DNA of 64,000 bases from Massalongia carnosa. Lineage: Eukaryota. Of the stretch, positions 1 through 10,700 are shown piece by piece. How positions within the stretch are numbered: position 1 is the stretch's first letter; the number at the start of each line of letters is the position of its first letter. Position numbers and translations under genes: made by a program. The notes under the pieces are model-generated. The model had not been told where the DNA came from. It ran no database searches and saw nothing but the letters and a program-made list of their open reading frames with translations. Location: the NCBI GenBank assembly GCA_965645245.1, contig OZ287067.1, positions 1,736,001 through 1,800,000 on the forward strand, written 5' to 3'.

Positions 1-13
1 TACACCGATTGAT

Positions 14-24
14 GACTAAGTATT
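14..24 (-). promoter_or_regulatory. Self-complementary primer-binding site of the Gypsy element leaving the window to the left
   Basis: Minus-strand AATACTTAGTC lies 1 nt inside the LTR end. It is the exact 11-nt complement of GACTAAGTATT within the LTR (plus-strand 94..104). Confidence 0.75.
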
Positions 25-25
25 C

Positions 26-196
26 TGTGACGAAGCGAGATAGTGAATAGATTTCTACCATTGCGCCACCTGTCCTTCCCGACCAAAAGGCACAATACTT
101 AGTCCGCAGACCAAGCTCTATTCTACTATAACTGGGTCTCCTGCTATGTTTGCTGTAGGTCCTGCCGTCCGCACCACGCTTGGTCGAACCGTTACA
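26..196 (-). mobile_element. 5' LTR (~171 bp) of a minus-strand LTR retrotransposon whose body lies left of the window
   Basis: TG...CA ends (TGTAAC...GTCACA on minus). Near-identical in reverse complement to the solo LTR at 26601..26770. No TSD, but a PBS follows. Confidence 0.85.
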
Positions 197-236
197 GTTA
201 GTATTTTATGTATTCTCAACTATACCATCTACTTAC

Positions 237-372
237 CACCAGGTATGCTCTTCCTGGTGGTTGGTTTTCTTATCGCACCAGTTCTGGCACCTGGTCCGGG
301 TATTCTGTCGAGTGTTCGGTTTGGAATTCGCGTAGGTTTGCGCGTACGCTTGCGCGGAGTCTTCGGTGCCAT
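237..372 (-). CDS. Candidate first coding exon of an unidentified K/R/P/T-rich protein, possibly a histone H3/CenH3-like N-tail
   Basis: ATG at 372 gives MAPKTPRKRTRKPTRIPNRTLDRIPGPGARTGAIRKPTTRKSIPG, followed by a GTAAGT donor (236..231) and a TACTAAC branch point (203..197). A pyrimidine tract and TTAG acceptor lie just upstream. Not in the ORF track. Confidence 0.4.
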
Positions 373-694
373 ACCTAAAAGCAAACAGGCAAGCAGACAG
401 GTTATCAGTGGTCGCGCGTGGCAACTAGGTTAGGTTGGGTATGATTAGGTTCAGTATGACTAGGTTGGGTTGGCTAGTTTAGGGAGAATATGTATGCATG
501 CGTTGGATTTAACTGAGTTTTTAGAACGTAAACGTAGTTATTAATGCTTTATCGCAGCATAATCTAGTCAATGAAGTTATATTCCTACAGCTATATCCTA
601 TATATATATTCCAATATATACAATCCTCGTCATTCGCAACAATAAGCAGCTCGCAGATGATAGATTCAGAGATATACGATCTTCCAGTTAGAAT

Positions 695-3470
695 TCAACG
701 ACGAAAGGCTACTAATATCGGTGAAATTGTATATACCGACATTGCTGGCGGGGGGACATACCTCAGACAATTGGAGGAGCCATGTATGCTGCCTCCTTCG
801 TTGACGATTTTACTGACTGAACTGTGATTTACCTTCTGAAGAAAAAATCCGAAATAAAGGAGGTCCTAAAGGACTATTTAGCATGGATAAAGACACAAGG
901 ACACCCGGTCAAACTTATGCGCAGTGACAACGGAGGTGAGTATGCTGGCCATCAGACCTTACAAATTTTGAAGGACAATAGCATCGAGTGGGATGCGACA
1001 GCACCACACAATCCGAAGCAGAAAGGGGTAGCCGAGAGGTGCCTTCGCACCCTCTTCGAGCGAACCCGTGCGATTCTTAGTGATAGTAGAATGCCTTCTA
1101 ATCAATAGGGGGAGGCTATTTCCTACGTTACTTACCTGAAAAACAGGAGTCCAAGGCATGGTGATAAATCACCCTTCGAACTGATATATGGCAGATAGCC
1201 AGACTTGTCGGGTGCTCGTATCTTCGGGTGCGTAGCATACTCTTACAATGTTGACCCTCAGAAGAAGAAGCTAGACGACAGAAGCATCAAATGCAGATTT
1301 CTTAGCCTTCAAGGCAACAACAAGTATCGCATTTGGGACCTCACCTCCAAGAAACTCATCATTTCGGCACACGTGCTATGGGACGAGACCGCATCCCTTT
1401 CGGTTGAAGAATCGGGGGATGGTGGCGACGACGACTATGGCTTCTTACAATTCTTCTACCGAAATAGTGACGACGAGGTGGACACACCAGGAGTGATAAT
1501 TTATGCCAATGAAGATGAGGAACTCGTTAATGAGGAACCCCCTAAATAGCCTTTAGAACCGGAATTGGCAGATGAAGGAACCGGGAGAGAGGACGATGAT
1601 AAATCAGAAAGTTCAGAAAATTTCGAGGACTCACAAGTAGCCGACCTGACCTCTGGGTCATCGACTGCTCCTTTTACAGGCCAATTTGCCAGTAATTCCG
1701 AGCAGTCGATCAAATCCGTACCAGGACAGGTATCTCAGGAACCTAGACTACCACCTCCACCAATAGCATCATCCCGACCATCCCGAAACACCTCTCGACC
1801 CGATTATGCTTAATTAGCTGATCCATGGTCTAAGAAAGGAGGTAACAAGGGATTCGCATTGAGAGCTCTTAATGCCTCCTTAAACGACCTTACCGTCCCC
1901 AGTACCTACAAGGAGGCCATTCAGTCTTCAGAGGCTACCGAATGAATCCGAGCATCAGAGGAGGAGGTTGAATCTCATTCCATCAACGGGACCTGGGACC
2001 TAGAAATTCCACTACCTGGTAGGAAGATCCTCCCTGGTAGATGGGTTTATACTATCAAACTCGGTCCCGATGGGGAAATATCTCGATATAAGACCCGATG
2101 GGTAGGTAAAGGTTTTTGCCAGATAGAAGGTATTGACTATAATCAAACCTATGCCAGCGTGGTCAAATCAATGACATGGAAGGCCCTGTTGGCTATAACG
2201 GCTAGATATGACCTGGAGGTCGAACAGATCGACGTGGTCACCGCTTTCCTTGAGGCCCCTCTAAAGGAGGAGGTCTGGATGGTACAACCCCATGGGTTTG
2301 ACAAACTAGGGGGATATGCCTGTCGCTTGAAGAAGGCCTTGTATGGTCTCAAGCAGGCCCCCCGTGAATGGTATTCTACCCTCACTGACTATCTTATCAC
2401 CATGGGCTATAGGAGAGTAGACGAGGACCATTCGGTCTATATTCATCAGCAAAATGGCATCATAATAGCGATTTATGTGGATGATCTACTTCTCATCGGA
2501 CCCTCTCTTTGGGACATCAGTCTTTTGAAGACTGAATTGTCTCACAGATTCCGGATCAAGGATCTCGGACTAATTAATTTTTATTTATAGATGTACGTCA
2601 CTCGGGACCGGCCAAATAGAAGAATATATGTTCATCAATCGGCGTACATTAGGCGGATCATCGATGCAGTCGACATGTCCGATTGCAAATCCGTCAAAAC
2701 ACCCATGGAGACCAATCTTCTTCTGGTCAAGAATTACTATAAAGGCAAGATATACGAGGCCACAAATAGAGAGATCAAGGCATAGCAAATGCTTATTGGA
2801 TCTCTATTGTGGTTAGCATATATGACTCGGCCGGATATTGCTTACTCGATGAATCGCTGCAGTAGATATTCAATCAATCCTACCCCCTATCAAGGCGTAA
2901 TCTTAAAAAGAATAATTCGATATTTGGCTGGAACATGGGACCTAGGCCTATGTTTTGGATCCTCCTATGAGGGTATTCATAGTGATTTAATCGGTTATAC
3001 TGATGCCTCTTATGGAGACTGTCTGGACACTAGGAGATCCACTTCCGCCTCTGTCTTCCTCCTGAACAGCGGACCAATCAGCTAGTCAACGAAACGCCAG
3101 GCCTCGGTGGCCACCTCTACAGCTGAGGCTGAGTATATGGGGGAGTGCCATGCTGGCAAGGAGGCTATCTTCTTAGCGAATGCCTTGAAATCCTTGGGAT
3201 ATAGTGTCAATGGCCCCGTTCCCCTGAAAGCTGACATTAAGGTGACTATAAAGCTAGCCGACAACCCCATCAATTATCCTCGGGCAAAACACATCGATAT
3301 CCATTATCATAAGACGAGGGAGCTAATCGCTAAGGTAGCTATTCAAATTAGCTATGCCCACAAAGGATATGATAGCTGATGGACTAACCAATCCTCTGCC
3401 GTGGATCTCCTTTCGAAGGTTCATCGATCAGATGAATATGACTACTGCCCCTGAGGCATCAAATCAATAA
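695..3470 (+). pseudogene. pol: Copia pol pseudogene (IN-RT-RH) with many stops and frameshifts
   Basis: ORF fragments 824..1108, 1205..1549, 2159..2590, 2591..2785, 2789..3085 and 3107..3379. Confidence 0.9.
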
Positions 3471-3622
3471 GGTTGATTCAAACTTCTGGAGGTTGGAACC
3501 TTCCTATTGTGAGGGAGCTTTAGATTGACAATAGCGACGGTCTACCTAGCCTTATCGGAGGCCGGCCTTACAATAAGCCGGCCCCCTGAATCCTAATGCG
3601 GTAAGGTAGTTAAGGAGGTGTT

Positions 3623-3748
3623 TGTTATAGCAAACAATCTGGTCAATAAGGTCCTGGGGAGGACCCCCTCGAACTTCTTTCCTTCTAGATAGCTTTAATA
3701 TAATCACCTTTCAAAGCCTTCAGTCTGCCACTAAGCCTCCTGTAATCA
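3623..3748 (+). repeat. Probable Copia 3' LTR (right end approximate)
   Basis: Follows the PPT and begins TGTTATAGC. No identical partner LTR in the window. Confidence 0.55.
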
Positions 3749-3798
3749 AAGACTACCACAATGACTACCACATTACGTGCTTTGTTAATCAATATTAG

Positions 3799-5953
3799 AT
3801 TGAAGCAAAAATACAAGAGGCCTTAACTCTCAACGGGCGTAGACTAAAAAAGGATGATTTCACGTCTCAATTGCTTCGTATGATTATTGCTCTTGGGCTA
3901 CCGTTACGAAATGTCGCCAATGTCGAATTGCAAAGAGCGTTTAACTGTCTGCTCGATAATATACAGTTTCCTTCACTATCGACAATCAAGAATCGCATGA
4001 TCACCCGAAGTCAAGAGATTATTCCGCTTTTGCTCGAGAGGCTACCTAGGGGTAGTTCAAAGGTCTCTCTGGCTTTGGATTGTTGGTCGTCATTTAATCG
4101 TCAAGGTTATCTGGCCATCAATGCTTACTTCATTGACGATAAATGGAATTATCACGAAGTGCTTCTTGCCTTCGAACACGTTGAAGGCTCACACACGGGA
4201 ATAAAACTTGCTGAAGTATTGAACAGCGTTTTAATTAGACATTATATTGAAGATCGTGTTTTGGCATTAACCACGGACAGTGCATCTAATAACACAACGA
4301 TGGTAGATGAGTTGCGACGAATGATACGAAGCAATCGAGCCTTGGCACTTCTACACACTGATACTAATGAGATACAGCGAGTGTCTTATTTATCGCATGT
4401 AATTCAACTTGCCGTGAAACAGCTACTTGGGTGTATTTACATTAATCCCAAAAATGCCGATTTCAAAACTAGCTGGGATGATAAGCAAGATAGACGGGAT
4501 TTCGAAAACCCGACACCTGGAGTTCCCCTTACGCTAGCTAAGGCAAGATTTATTTTGTGGTAGTCGTTGTGGTAGTCGTTCTAAATTTCGATTAGGTTCC
4601 AGCATTAGCTGTTTACATTAACAGTAGCAATTTACGTATGGAGAAGTTCTACGCTGTTCAACGAGCATTGAATGACGAAGAGAGACGCACTGGAAACTCG
4701 GTCAGCGGTACGGTACTTAAGCTTTTTCAAGATATAAATACACGATGGGACTCCATATGTCACATGTTAATTCGAGCGCTCAAGTTGCGACAAGCGCTGA
4801 ATAATATCATGATAAACATGAAGCCGAGTATTTGAGATTGCTCGACGTGGAAAGGTCACAGATAGAATATCTTATCGATTTAACGAAGCTATTCTGCATC
4901 TTCACAAAGATAATTGGTTAATCAAAGCAACCGACCGTTCATCAGGTGTTCGAGATCTACAATAAGCTGTTCGATCATCTGGATCAAGCTCGCGCAAGAT
5001 TTTCTCGTAAGCGAGTATCGTGGAAACGTGCGCTATTGAATGGCATTGAGGCGGCTGCAACGAAATTACGTCAATACTATTCTAAAACTCAGGGGTCATT
5101 ATGTTATCTATATGGAAAGGCGGCATTGCTATCTCCCAATAAGAAGGACCTACTTTTCAAGGGTCCCAATTGGGATGCGCCCTATGGGGAAAGTCGATGG
5201 GAAGATCAATATTAGCAATCTCTGGAAGCGGAATTCGATATCTACGAGAATTCTCAAACCTCACAAGTACGCGGGCGTAATGTCGCGGTTATTCGAGACT
5301 TGAATAATCTGAATCTTCTTCTGAGTACGAATAATGCTACTCCGCTCGCTCTAGATGACGAGTTCAACTGCTATCGTTAGCGAGGTAGGTTAACTGATAT
5401 AATAAATCAGGTCTTTTCTCATTGTGTTTAACTTATTTACAATACACAGCGATGCATGATCGTTCGGGTCCTATTCTACAACAGTGGAAAGATCTCGAGC
5501 CGGAATTTCCACAAATGAGTACGGTTGCCAGGGACATCCTTGCTGTACCAGCCGCTGGCGTTGGATGTGAGCGCGTTTTTAGCGTTGCGGGAGCCCTTTA
5601 CGATCATCGCAAGAATTTTCATCCGGATACATTCTCCGCGATGATGATGGTTCCTTTCTACGATCATAAGGAAAATGCAGATGCATGTTTACACGTAGAT
5701 TTGGAAGAAGAAGAAAGCATGAGTCTTGAGGATTTGACTAATGAGATGCAAAGGCGACATGAAGACCTAATACAGGTTTCTCAGAAGGTCTATATTAGTG
5801 ATGAAGAAGACGATAACAATGACGAGGATCAGTTAACGCAGATCGGGTCATCGCAGGTTGAGCAGGTCTCAGCGCGAGATGTAAGCATCGAGTCACTTAC
5901 TTTCGTGTCTTCTTGAGCTAATTATTCTACAGAAAATAAAGAAACGAACTTAC
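3799..5953 (+). pseudogene. hAT-superfamily transposase pseudogene, left part, with introns
   Basis: Motifs SLALDCWS, LTTDSASNN, SHVIQLAV, TRWDS and the C-terminal dimerisation motif W..ARDILAVPAAGVGCERVFS. Frame-restoring introns at 4543..4595 (GC-AG), 5385..5449 and 5881..5932. Internal stops present. Confidence 0.9.
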
Positions 5954-6166
5954 TGTCAGGACTCGGGTGTGGGAGCGCTAAATCCAACGGCTCTTTCCGA
6001 CCGAAGCTTCGGAGATAAGCTTCTAGAGCCGGATGGAAACTTCGAGAAGAAGGGCAAACGGGCATATAGATTTCACATTCTTCTTTGTAGATAGATTTCT
6101 CTTCTTCATGCTTAGTCTCTTAGGTAGCTGACTACTATTCGTCTTCCCTGGATAGTGGTTCTTACA
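5954..6166 (+). repeat. Gypsy 5' LTR
   Basis: TGTCAGG...CTTACA, identical by eye to 11451..11663. Confidence 0.97.
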
Positions 6167-6168
6167 TT

Positions 6169-6179
6169 AGACTAAGCAT
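6169..6179 (+). promoter_or_regulatory. Self-priming PBS (Tf1-type)
   Basis: AGACTAAGCAT is the exact complement of ATGCTTAGTCT at 6108..6118 in the LTR. No TGG tRNA-type PBS is present. Confidence 0.8.
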
Positions 6180-6434
6180 CTTCTTTAACCCTTGCTATCC
6201 TGAACACGATATTAAACCGTTCAACCAGGAAAATTAGAAGAAGAACCCGGAACTTAGACTAGAACCAGATCATAGGACCTTAGAAGCAAGGATTTCTAGG
6301 CCACCAGAATTACCAGAATCAAAAGAAGAACTCAGACCCAGAAGAACCAGAACCCAGGATCGTAGAAACCAGGATTTCTCGGCTATCGAATAGAAGATCA
6401 CAAGATAAGAACACCCCCAAGAAAGAAAGAAGAA

Positions 6435-7730
6435 ATGCCCCGAGTAATCAGCGAGCCTCGAAGGAGTAGGCTCACTATGGACGAACCCATAGAGGGCCGA
6501 CGTGAGTCCATTGTCCCTAATATTATCGATGATGACTCCCCATATAGCATCGACTCCGTGGATAGACTGAATGAATTTGTCCGCCAGGACCCCCAGCGGG
6601 TGGTGGAAATGATAACTGAGTTGAAGACGGAGTCCCGAACGAAGACCCACCTATTGAACAAGGTGGCCGAAAGATTCAATGAAACGTTAGAGATAGCCCG
6701 GACCCTTCGCGATGAGCGGGACTCGGCCCAAGAGGAATTGGATAAAGCTAAGGTGATAATCCAATTTCTTCAAAACACCAACATATCGTCCGCAAGCACC
6801 GTATCGGCCGAGAATGTGCATACACACACGACCACTACCGCGTCAACACCTGCCCCCGAAGGAGTTGGCAAATCTTCCAAGCTTCCTGACCCACCCATTC
6901 TCGAAAATAATAAAGACGACAACTTCGAGGACTGGCTATCTAGCATGCGAAATAAGCTAGAAGGCAATGCGGATTGGTACCCTACCGAGGCCATGAAAAA
7001 GGCATACGTACGGACTCGGGTTGGTAGTGAGGCAGTCAAGCATATAGCCTCTAGATTTAGAAAGGAGTCTACCAAACCATTTACCACTGCTGAAGAGATT
7101 TTCGATGATTTAAACCGAGTATATGGTGACCCTCACAAGGAACAAACAGCACTGCGAGAATTCCGCGACCTTAAACAAGTGGGTAAATATCGAGAATTCC
7201 ATGCCTTCTGGTCAGAATTCCAACGCTTAGCCAACGAACTTGAATATTCCGAAAAGACCCTACTGAATGAGCTCCGCAACAAGATGAACTTTGAGCTCCA
7301 GAAGATGCTAGCCGTCGAGGCCTACAAGGCCACCGATTTGTATGAATTCGCACGCCTATGCATGCATACTGATCAGACCATCCGCGAGGTTGAGACCAAG
7401 ACGAAAGGCTATCGAAAGAACTTTGTTGGCCCCTCAGTACCTATCGCAAGCACGGCCGGTGGGACCACCTCTATCGTAAAGGCCTCCACCCCCGCATTAA
7501 CCCGTACTCCCGCAATGCCTTCCGCCACCAGCAGCCGATCTTCAACGCCCTTTATGGCCCGAGCCCCCCATCCCGATCCAATCATGGAGAAAAGAATGAA
7601 GGAAGGAAGATGTTTTAACTGCGATCTGACCGGGCATATGGCCAAAGACTGCCCTCAGCCTAGAAAGGGACGGGTTAGCGAGATGAGCGCAGAAGCAGAA
7701 GATTCGGGAAAAGACGCACCTCCGTCATAG
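6435..7730 (+). CDS. gag: Gag (431 aa)
   Basis: Retrotransposon gag region (KLPDPP...FEDW) and CCHC knuckle CFNCDLTGHMAKDC. Confidence 0.95.
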   Translation: MPRVISEPRRSRLTMDEPIEGRRESIVPNIIDDDSPYSIDSVDRLNEFVRQDPQRVVEMITELKTESRTKTHLLNKVAERFNETLEIARTLRDERDSAQEELDKAKVIIQFLQNTNISSASTVSAENVHTHTTTTASTPAPEGVGKSSKLPDPPILENNKDDNFEDWLSSMRNKLEGNADWYPTEAMKKAYVRTRVGSEAVKHIASRFRKESTKPFTTAEEIFDDLNRVYGDPHKEQTALREFRDLKQVGKYREFHAFWSEFQRLANELEYSEKTLLNELRNKMNFELQKMLAVEAYKATDLYEFARLCMHTDQTIREVETKTKGYRKNFVGPSVPIASTAGGTTSIVKASTPALTRTPAMPSATSSRSSTPFMARAPHPDPIMEKRMKEGRCFNCDLTGHMAKDCPQPRKGRVSEMSAEAEDSGKDAPPS

Positions 7731-7743
7731 ACGCGGCGGGGGT
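7706..7743 (+). promoter_or_regulatory. Programmed -1 ribosomal frameshift signal
   Basis: Slippery heptamer G GGA AAA (7706..7712), 5-nt spacer, 9-bp stem 7718..7726/7735..7743. The -1 frame is open into pol. Confidence 0.8.
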
Positions 7744-10700
7744 AGATGAGTTGGTTATCACATCTTTCTTTGTGGAGGATGATTTATTCGATGACCATCC
7801 AGTAATGGAAGATTGTATCGTAGGAAATAAATTTAATACGAGAGCGATGATTGATACTGGATCTACTGGTTATTGTTTTGTTGATAGACTAACTGCGCAG
7901 GAAATATGTGAAAAGGCTAATATCTCACCGGTGACGTTAAATAGACGGAAAGAGATAAAGGCATATGATGGAAGAAAAGGCAAGCCTATTACCCAGGCCA
8001 TTTATCCATCTCTGAAAATTGGAAATCATACCGAGAGCTCAACACCAATGTTGATCACCGAGCTGGGCCAACAAACGATTATTCTTGGCAAGCCTTGGAT
8101 GCGAAAACATGGTGTTAGCTATCATGGGCATACGAATTCGATTTCTTTTCGTCCCGATCATTGCAATCATCTAGGTGCCCCTGAAAGGCCTTTCCTATCG
8201 TCGCCAATCAGGAGAGAAGAACCGGGCTCAACAAAGGACACCACGCCTATATTCCAACCAAAGAAGATATTGAAAAGAGACGAACCCGATGAAAAGAATC
8301 ATAGCAACTCGAACCCGATTTCAGTTCGAAGATCAAGAAAGGAAGATATCTTGAAGCAAAAGTCTTGGAGAAAAGACGCCGAGAGCGAAGAAGCCCTGGA
8401 TATAGCGATGATAGGTGCAGACCCATTTAATGTATTAACGAAACAAAAGGATGTCGAGATATTTGCAGTCTCGCTGAGAGATATCAACTTTGAACTAGCC
8501 AAGGGAGAAAAGCCAATCACCGATCCTAAGACCATAGTCCCCCCCGAGTATCACGATTTTCTTGATGTTTTCTCTAAGGAAAAAGCTGATGAACTGCCCC
8601 CTCATAGAAAGCATGACCATACCATCGAATTGCTAGAAGGTAAAGGACCCGGGCATGCCCCGCTATATAATATGTCAGAGGGAGAACTCCTACTGGTCAA
8701 GAGATATTTGGAAGAAAATCTGAAGAAAGGATTTATTACAGCCAGCTCGGCCCCTTTTGCCTCGCCGATACTATTCGCCAAGAAACCGAGTGGTGGACTT
8801 CGGTTCTGCGTCGATTATCGAAAGCTAAACGAAATCACCAAAAAAAATCGATATCCCCTACCTCTGATATCTGAGATAATGTCTCGATTGGCCAGGGCTA
8901 GATTTTTGACAAGAATAGATATTCGACATGCCTTTAACCGACTTAGGATGAAAACCGAAAAGGACGAAGATCTCACAACCTTCCGCACGCGATTTGGGTC
9001 ATATAAATCTCTAGTATTACCCTTCGGACTGACCAACGGCCCTGCTACGTTTCAGAACTTCATCAACGATACCTTCTTAGAATATCTAGACGAATTCCTA
9101 ATAGCCTATCTGGACGATCTCTTGGTTTATAGTGAAACCATGACTGACCACCGAAAACATGTTCGAAAAGTTCTACAAAAGCTTCGAGAAGCTGGTATTC
9201 AGGCTGATGTCGATAAATGCGAATTCCATGTGACCGAAATAAAGTTCCTAGGAGTGGTAGTCGGGCGGAATGGGATCAAGATGGACCCTACCAAAATTGA
9301 GGCAGTCGTCGAATGGGCCATCCCTAGGCATCTTAAACAGGTGCAGGCCTTTCTAGGATTTATCAACTTTTATAGACGTTTTATCAAAGACTTCTCCAAA
9401 ATAGCCAAACCCCTCGTACATCTAACTCGAAAAGACGAACCATTCAATTGGACCCCAGCCTGCCAAGCAGCTTTTTCCGAATTGAAAAGACGGGTGACCG
9501 AGGCCCCGGTCCTCGCGCATTTCAGCCCAAGCCGAGAAACGTTCGTGGAATCGGATTCATCTGATTATGTGTCAGCCGGAGTATTATCGCAAAGAGGTGA
9601 AGATGGACTTATCAGACCAGTAGCCTTCTTTTCAAAGAGCCTGTTGCCAGCCGAATGCAATTATGAAATATACGATAAAGAATTGCTTGCAATAATCAAA
9701 TGTTTCGAACAATGGAGGCCTGAGCTGCAATCCACCGAGCTCCCAATCAAAGTCTTGACCGACCACAAAAGCTTGGAATATTTCATGACAACCAAAAAGC
9801 TAAATAGGCGACAGGCCAGATGGGCTGAATTTCTGGCCGATTTCAATTTTGTCATCACATACCAAGCTGGAAAATTCCATACAAAGGCAGATGCACTAAC
9901 TAGAAGACCAGGAGACAGGCCCGAATCAGAGGAAGATGACAGGCAAAGGCATCAACATCAGATAATCTTACCTCTCGAAAGCCTAGACCCTCAAATCCAA
10001 AAGGAAATGGGGTTTGAAATGAACGAGATCAACGCGGAAAAGTCGAAAGATCCGCTCGAGAATAATGCCAAACTATTTGTCCCCGAAGAAAAGAGAATGA
10101 AGCTGATACAGGAAGTTCACGATCAACCAGCCGTTGGCTATCCGGGAATAAAGCGGACCTACGAGATGATGAAGAAATTCTTTTTTTGGCCAAAGATGAA
10201 AGGGACCATAGAACAATACATTCGAAATTGTCATACATGCAAAAGAGCAAAAGCTCCAAGGGACGGTTATTCCGGACTATTAAATCCGCTACCTATACCA
10301 GACCGGCCCTGGACAGATATATCAATGGATTTCGTAACTGGCCTACCTGAAAGCAAAGGTTATAATGCAATATTAATGGTAGTAGACCGATTTTCCAAGA
10401 TGCATCATTACATTCCATGCACCACGGACGAAGAAGGGACAACTGCCGAAGAGACGGCCCGAATGCTAATAAAACATGTATGGAAATTGCATGGCCTACC
10501 GACCACGATAATCTCAGATAGGGGACCTCAATTCGTATCGCTAGTATGGAAATCGCTATGCGTAATGCTGGGAATAAAAGCCAAGTTATCAACCGCATTC
10601 CATCCCGAGTCCGACGGTCAAAGCGAAATATCCAATCAAGAAATGGAGCGATATCTGAGAACCTATGTCAATTATCAGCAAGATGACTGGACAGAGTGGC

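Larger units (their letters stand above)
690..3748 (+). mobile_element. Decayed Ty1/Copia LTR retrotransposon lacking gag, protease and a matching 5' LTR
   Basis: Copia domain order: integrase (RSDNGGEY, GVAER), RT (KARWV-like, LKKALYGLKQAPREW, YVDD), RNase H (GYTDASY, STAEAEY, KHIDIHYH). Purine tract TAAGGAGGTG precedes a TGTTATAG LTR start. Confidence 0.9.

Noticed and set aside
421..484. Telomere-like TAGGTT/TTAGGG repeats
   Set aside because: Degenerate and short, with only one true TTAGGG; not a telomeric array.
545..641. 5' LTR of the Copia element
   Set aside because: Resembles 3623 onwards only over about the first 28 nt and has no TSD; at most a related LTR remnant.
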